64,000 nt of DNA, taken from Chrysomallon squamiferum (lineage: Eukaryota > Animalia > Mollusca). Positions 50,011 to 64,000 of the stretch are shown here, piece by piece (the stretch's first letter is position 1; each line of letters begins with the position of its first letter). Position numbers and translations under genes: made by a program. The notes beneath the pieces were generated by a model. The model made no database searches. It saw only the letters and a program-made list of their open reading frames with translations, and was not told the origin of the DNA. Where the stretch lies: the NCBI GenBank assembly GCA_012295275.1, contig CM022665.1:31496001-31560000 (forward strand). The letters are read 5' to 3'.

Positions 50011-53000
50011 AGTATTATATATAATAAACATATAATAATTATTTTATACATGTTAATAATAAATTGTTATTAAACATTCATTAATTCATATAAACATTTT
50101 TGTTTTCATTCAAATAGCTGATACATGCTTTACTTGTTGTATGGGTGTTTATACTTACTTTTCATCATAATCATCATCATCATCATCTTTTTATACATTT
50201 ACTTAACCTTTGCCCATCCCTGGTTTAGTACAACATACTACCAGGCAACAATGACTAAATACACTGTCTAAACAAAATTACAGTTCTAACAGATAATATA
50301 AACGTTGACCAAAAATGTTAATCATTATTTACTATGGAATACAAGCAGACTCTGTGAACAAATAACCTACCTGTTATTTAAGTCCAGGTATAATTAATGC
50401 CAAGTTAAATCCAGTGTAACATTAATCACTGAAAAAGGTATGGCCAACAGAAGCAGTTAAAGTCATGCAAACTATGTCTTAATGTAATCCAGAACAAGAA
50501 CAGTGTGGAAAATGTACTACAGTAGCACACATACCAGTCAATCACCTGTCTGAGTCGTTAACTGTCCAGGTAGGAAATGTCAGGTACAATACACCTGCTT
50601 GCATTACCACGATTAGAAGTGAAGTAGTAAGTCCCTGGATTAAACTGACATTAGTAGGCAACAGGTGAACACCAAAATTATCATATCACTTTAAAAAAAA
50701 GAAGTTTTAATTTATTTTCTTTCAAATTAAATGAATAGGAAAAAAACACCTTCAGTTGATTGTTACTGTTATCTAAGCTTAACATCTGAAATAATAACAT
50801 AAAAAAGAATAATAAATGATTATAATCTGCAGAAAAGGAATAAAAATAGTTTTTTAACGAAGCAAGTTTTTAATGGTTATGGGAACATTATGAACAGCAA
50901 CAAAACTGAGGACTAAGATACAACAGGACAACATAAAAAAAAAAAAAAATGCTTATACATATTTATATTTACTTGACTACATGTACAAGCAGGTTCTCTC
51001 ATTTTGTATCATATGAATAGAAATTTCAGAACTTGTCAAGCATTATATTTCTGTGTTGTCTTGTAAATTCTGATGTGAGGACACAATGAATTTAGTTCAT
51101 ACAATAGTTTATACACCCATGATATTCAAAACATTTTGTAACCATCTGTTTTTCTTACTTTAAAGGAAAAGAACAAAATAAAATACAGGTTTACAGAATT
51201 TCTACAAGATCAACCTGAATGAAAAATCACTAATCCTAGATATAAATTTTTAAAAAATCTAGTATATCATGTTCCATTCCCGACAGTGTTTTGCTTCTGG
51301 TTTGTAACATTAATAAAAAGCCAGTAATAGACAATCCCTAAGACTAGTTTTATTTGCAAGCTGTAAAACTGTTGGTAACCACAGTTTAAAATTAGTATTT
51401 CAGTCTGGGGGAAGATACATATAAAATACACCTTGTTGCTAACTGGTAAAAAAAACTCATGGAATGGCAACTGTTTCCCCTTCATATCATGATTACACAA
51501 GAAAATGTATGACTGACACCAGATAACTGTTAATATTAAAGAGTTGAAATGACATTAAATATTCAGTGATTCATTGATAAAAAGCATAATATGATTTATT
51601 ATTTCTAAATTAATAACATGTTGCTAATGAGGTAACCTGCCAGCCCTATTAGAAATGTGTACATAATGATTATTAAACTTCATTATGCACTACTTAATGA
51701 AATTTGTCAGCTTCCAATTTGCCAATAATGTATTTGCATATAGTCACATAATTTCCCTTTCCTTGTAAAATGTTTAGATGTGTTTCTGAATATATAGCAC
51801 AGAAGGTTCATTAGTTGTAATATACTTTATCATTACAAAAACTACAAACTTATTTTGAATGTTTTCTGTCATTTGTAAGTGGCCAGAATTATACAGATAA
51901 GTAGTTAAATGGAAGCAATTACTATCATTATGTCTGTCAAGCTGCATGATTTTTGGATGCTATTTATCAAATCTTTGATTTATTCAAAACCTTGTATAAA
52001 ATATGAAAATATCTCATTAAATTAATCAAAACAATGATATAAGGGAAATTATTACAAAATATTTGAATAAAATTATTTACATTTGTCAAATCTGTCTTAT
52101 TTCATAAACTTTGTAAACATATAAAAAATTAATTAAAAATTAAAAAGAATCCTATGTGTCATATAGACTCGTTTTACCAGTTTAGATTTTTATGTTCCAC
52201 AAGGAAACCCAATTACATCTTCCACTTGCTTTTTATAAATAAAAGTCTGAAATAGAAGAGTAATAAAGGTAACTCATGAGGAAAGAAAAATCAAAAGAAC
52301 AACCCATTTGTATTAAAAACTACATTTCTTATCAGTAACTAGTCACCCAGTGTGCGAAGTCCACAAATACTTAAGTCTAATCCCTGATAATATCTATCAA
52401 ACATATACAAATTTGTGAACATACATTTACATATATATATATATATATATAATGCATAGCTTAGTAGTTCTGTAGTTAGAACAGTGGTCTGCCACCAATA
52501 CTGAATTAGGAATGGACTAAGAGTTAAGACTTAGAGCACGGGCTTAAAAAGAATGGATAACAAAATTAGGCCTTCTAACACTCATCACAATGCCCATTGG
52601 GATATTTCCTCTTCAAATCCATATCCAGTGACTGATTCTTCTAAGGATTGTGTGGTATGTTCTCTTCTAGTTTAAGGGAAAATAAATGTTATAATTTGCT
52701 TTGCATCTTACAGTGACAAAAACTGAATATACAGACACATGAAAAATTATACTTTGAAATTATCTTCTGCCACTGATTTGTGCTTGTAATGCAAATATGT
52801 AATAAACAAACACACACACACACAAAAATGCTGATTGCATTTGCTTGTTTCTTAATTTGTAGTTTTTAAAAAATGTATTTTGTTTTATTTATTTATAATT
52901 TTTCTTTTTATTTATTTATTTTATTATTTAAAAAAAAAAAAAATGTGTGTGTGTATTTCATTAAAAACTTCTAACCTGATATACTTAATTAATTCAATTA

Positions 53001-55828
53001 CATCACATATCACAGAAGAACAGATTTATTTTTAGCACATGTTGCTATGGATACTGTTGGAAGAATCCCTGTAAAGTTTGTTTAAATGCCACTCTGCTTT
53101 CAGTAATAACAATGATCCAATTTAAAGTCACTTGACATGAAAGCTTTCAGCAAACAGAATGCTGACTGGATAATTGACTTTTGATCTAAAGCAAACAGTT
53201 ATTTAATGCCTTCCTCTCAAAACTGTATCCTCACTTAAATACAGTACTAATAGACTTTTAATTCTACACTGCATATTATCAGTACAGACCCAATCTGAAT
53301 GTAAACAGCAAAATTTCCTTTATGTATGGAAAGGAAATTAGTAACTGAATTTCAGTAAAAAAGCTAATTGTTCCAGATATTTTTAATAAATTCAGTTACA
53401 GAGCATATTTTTCTATAACAACAACAACAATAAATAATAATAATAATAAATAAATAATTAATTAAATAAAAAAATAACATAAAATAAATAAATAACAATA
53501 ATAATTTAAAAGTAAATGAAATTAATAGCCGAGTCATAGCTTCCTTTTCCTATTATTCTTTTTTTTTGCAACAAAAAAACGACAATGAAAATATAATGAA
53601 AATATAAAAATAAAAATAAAATAATAATAAGAAGAACATAAAAATTTTAAAATAAATTCATAAATTTTCTCATGCAGTTAAGATAAGTTTGTAAATTAAA
53701 GAAAAAATATAAATATGTTCATCTTTTTCAAGTTTACAAAATCTTGACGGATATTGCAAATGTTTGTTGATAACCAGAGTAAATATATACATGCTTTATT
53801 TTATCCATTTAGATAACTAACAGGTGTATTAATGTTGTATTTAAATAACACATTGGTAGCTTAAACTATCATCATCAAACTGGACCATTTCTGTAATAAC
53901 TGCAAAATACCAAAATAGATAAAGATAGATAGACAAATAAACAGGTAAAATAAAGTTTAAAATAATAAAATAATTAATAAAAAAAGTGATGAGACAAGAA
54001 TTAAAAAATAAATAACCAAACAAATAAAAATGTATTTCTGTAACGTATCAAAATACAACACATATAATTTATTTAAGAAGGGTTGTGGGGTGTTGTTTTG
54101 GTGCAGTTTTTAGTTTGGTGTTTTTTTCTTCTGGAAAGTGGCTGGTTTTATTGTTATTGTTCTTTTTAAAAATGAAATAGATAAAATATCAACTTTTTTA
54201 TACTTGATTAGAAATATAAGAGAACAAACAGAACAAAAAAAATGTAAATCAAAACCAGGATGAAATTCAGTGGTTTTTTCCTTTGATAAGCAATTTACAA
54301 TTTTGGAGGGCAAATTTCAAACACACACACACAAAAAATAGACCAAAGTTAGTTTATAATTTAAAAAAAGAAAGAAAAAAAAGAAACATTTTTATAAAAT
54401 AAATAATAACATTAAGTAAAAATAAATATACTGCACTGATAATAATATAGACAAAACTCAAAAAGTTTCTGTTAACATACAGTAGCAGATAAACCTAATG
54501 ATCTGGCCCCAAATACAACAGATACCACTCCCAAAGTAGTCTGGATTGACCTATGCTAGATATTTAGATATAAAAACTAAATCTGATTAAATATATATTA
54601 AATATTTCCACACTATATTATTTTAATATTCATAGGTAATAGTCTAAAGTGACTGGAAAGACTGGGTCTTCAAGCTTCTATGTTTAAAAAAAAAGTTTAA
54701 ATATACATTATCATTAATATTCTATTGCTAAAAAGCAGATATTTTTACCCAACTTTATTTGAAAACTGCCAATTAAATAAAATTCATAATTCCACAAAAA
54801 ATTATATGATCATTCTAATAATGTAATTTCTGCAATATTTCTGAATATTTACCTCTGAACACAATATCAGTAACTTTCATCATTTTCATGCAGCATGGTA
54901 TGCAAAGAACAATTTACATATCTGTTCCTTGAATGATAAAATTTTAAAATAACTATTTCTTCCCCCACAAACCCCCCCAAAACTATAAAAAAAATCCCCA
55001 AACAACAAATGACCCATAAAAAAACAAAAACATTAATAAACATTTTAAAATAATAATTAAATAAAACAAAAAACTTAATAAAACATGAAAGCATCTACTT
55101 ACCCTGAAATAATAATCAGAAATAACATTATTTTGGTCTGTTCATTTTATCTACAATATTATATAAGCCACTTGAAGTAAAAAAAAAAAAAAGAAGAAGA
55201 AAAAAGAGCTACACTCTACCTGATTACACATCCCAGCATGTGAGCAAAAACAGAAGTGGAAGACATTTTGAAAGGCAGCTGTTCAGACAAGACTGACTGT
55301 CAGAGCAAGTTTTCGAAAAATTACTAACTTCCTACTTAAAACATGCAGGTATACATGTAACCTTTTTGGTGCTGAATTGCTGCATCTGTGAGGGCTTCAG
55401 ATAAAGATATGGCACAAACACTGTACATGTGGACATGTTTTCTGTAGCATGTTTCAAATTCTCAGACGTGTAAAGGTTTAATAGAATGAAGAATGGATGG
55501 AAAAGGAAATAGAAAAAATATATATTTGTGATTCTGGATACTGAATCAAAAAATAAAATAAAATTATTTACTTAAATTAGGCACACCAGGTGTACATAAA
55601 AGAATTTTGCACTGTTCTTGTGATTTGAAATACGATAATAATTATAATATTTAATTTTAATAATTTCATGCAACATCAAATAACACAAAACATACATATG
55701 TTATAAAGAACTAAAAAGGACAATGAAATATTTTCATTAATTTCTTTTGTTCAGTTTTCATTTTCATTTATTTTTTTAAATTACCATTCTTTTTTTCTTT
55801 TTTCTTTTTTCAAACCAGTTGAAAGATA

Positions 55829-55859
<31 letters not shown>

Positions 55860-56451
55860 AATATCTACCTACCTACCTACCTACCTACCTGTTTACATAA
55901 TTTAGAAAAACTGAGAGATCAAGTAAATACAACATTGCAAATGTACAGCTGATACAATGACATGGAATGGCTGAAACTGTTTTCAGATTATTTTTAAGTA
56001 TACACAACTCTGGTTAACAGCATCAATCAAATAATTAATGGGATAATTTTCTCAGTCTTATAATAACTTTATAAAATTATGTATAATTTTTTAATTTTTT
56101 TTTTTTAATTTATTTATTTATTTATTTATATGAGGGAGTTAAAAAAGGTATAAAATGAAATGTTTCCAACATGCACATTTTTAAAATTCTGGTATATTTC
56201 AATAATACTATAATTTTCTGTAGTCTTTAAATAAAATTTTGTCATTAAAATTAATAATCAGTTTCTTGATATATGACAGGTTATTATATCAAAGAATTTT
56301 TTTTATTATTATTAATATTATAATTATTTTGTTTTTATTTTATTTTATTCCAGTATTTCTTAGACTTGTATCCCAAAGATATATAAATGTAGTAAAGAAA
56401 ATTATTTAAAAAAATAATAAATAAAAAAGGAAAGAAAGTGCCTGTGTGTCT

Positions 56452-56553
<102 letters not shown>

Positions 56554-56895
56554 TTTTGGCAAAACATAATTTTGGTATTACTCATTTACTGTTTCAGAAA
56601 ATAATCGACCAGAAACTAAATTAGAGGAAAATCATTAAAAGTACCTCCCGCCCGCGATCCTTCACTACGTCACATACGTATTATATATACACCAGCAGCT
56701 GGTAGATAAGATGTGATGTCCATGTAGTGTGTAGTCTCGATCACTTATCTGTTAGAAGGATCGTCGTGTGTCAGTCTAGGCAGGTGTCTGTCTACTGTCA
56801 AAACGGCACGTGTTTTTGTTTACATTTATAAAACACCAAAATCAGTTAACATGCATATCGTAAATACGTAGTTCATTAATTATGCAAACACTTAC

Positions 56896-57000
56896 TTGAA
56901 AGTGATCAATTAAAAGGTACTCCAACGAACAATAATTATTTGTCTAACGGAACCGGTTTACTATCAATTGTAATGATGGAACAAAAACCCTTTGATCTGC
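56896..57000 (-). other. Putative non-coding first exon of dystrophin (TSS approximate)
   Basis: ATG-free, CpG-containing segment ending in CAA|gtaagt at 56895. Exon A has an acceptor, so it needs an upstream exon. Confidence 0.5.
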
Positions 57001-57458
57001 GGCGCCTTTTGTGACCTAATTTACATACGAGAAATCTCGTGGTTTTGCGAGATAAATGTGTAAACTATATACTACACATTACTAATATCTTGTAGAGTAT
57101 TTGTGAAAGATGGAGCCAACTATAATACTTAGAAATGTTAAAGTTTGTTATAAATATTTATATATTAAGAAGCATTAATAAAAATATAGAAATGAAAACT
57201 AGCACATAAATAACAGTTACCTACGAAAATAATTTTCAATATTACAAACATTTTTCTATAAAATTAAGTTATTTGAATCGACCACAAAATTAATCATTAG
57301 ATTGTTAATATTATATGTCCTACAGCATACCATTTCTCAAATTATAAAATACAACAATTTGTCTAGCACTGCACTGTGACAGCATTATAGTTCTAGCAAT
57401 TTTGTTTTTAAAATTTACTGTGAATAATTTTATTTAACAGAATACTACTACTACTACC

Positions 57459-57483
57459 AATAATAATAATAATAATAATAATA

Positions 57484-57521
<38 letters not shown>
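57459..57521. repeat. (AAT)n(ATT)n inverted microsatellite
   Basis: Perfect palindrome 57459-57510, centred at 57484/57485. Confidence 0.9.
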
Positions 57522-57522
<1 letters not shown>

Positions 57523-57693
57523 AACATTAAACTCATAAAAAAAAAAAATCTAAACCACTACTTGTCGTTTTACTAGTAGTTTAAGACAGAAATTCTGATT
57601 ACTTCCGGTTTTTGCTTTCTCGGCGTGTAAATTTTCGGATAATGTACATTAATTAAATCTTTCGTTGCAGAATAATACACTAATACAAGCAAG

Positions 57694-63817
<6,124 letters not shown>

Positions 63818-64000
63818 GTAAGACACTAATAAATGTAATTTTCATAAATTATAAAAAAAAGTTAATTGAATTCTCAAGAATAGCTGTCCTCTTATTTAAA
63901 GTTTGGTCCACTAACCTGTTTAGTGAAATGTTATGTCCAACTGAGATTCTTTTTTTTTTTTTTTTTTTTTTTTCACCATGTTGCTATGATGTTTTTAAAA

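Larger units (their letters stand above)
56640..57693. promoter_or_regulatory. Putative bidirectional promoter region for dystrophin and CDC5L
   Basis: Local CpG enrichment at 56640-57060 and 57600-57740 against a CpG-poor background; GC box (ccgccc, 56648-56653); ETS motif ACTTCCGG at 57601-57608. Confidence 0.6.

Overview
Very AT-rich, CpG-depleted animal genomic DNA with spliceosomal introns; probably a gastropod mollusc, inferred only from repeat resemblance. Two genes lie head-to-head. Minus strand: the 5' part of an invertebrate dystrophin gene. Eight exons at 13736->1597 encode the CH1-CH2 actin-binding domain and start of hinge 1, with near-human exon sizes and phases. They are preceded by ~43 kb holding at least three ATG-containing, phase-1 alternative first coding exons (43058-43169, 38086-38227, 26464-26500) and a likely non-coding leader exon near 56.9 kb. 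Plus strand: the first nine coding exons of CDC5L (57694-63817, incomplete), with a ~1.2 kb TIR/TSD-flanked insertion in intron 5. The most interesting signals are in dystrophin transcript architecture: multiple N-termini, recursive-splice-like AG|GT sites, a candidate poison exon, a candidate in-frame microexon and a shared bidirectional promoter. No prokaryotic features, RNA genes or CRISPR arrays were seen. Most listed ORFs are spurious. All calls are from manual reading, with no database searches.
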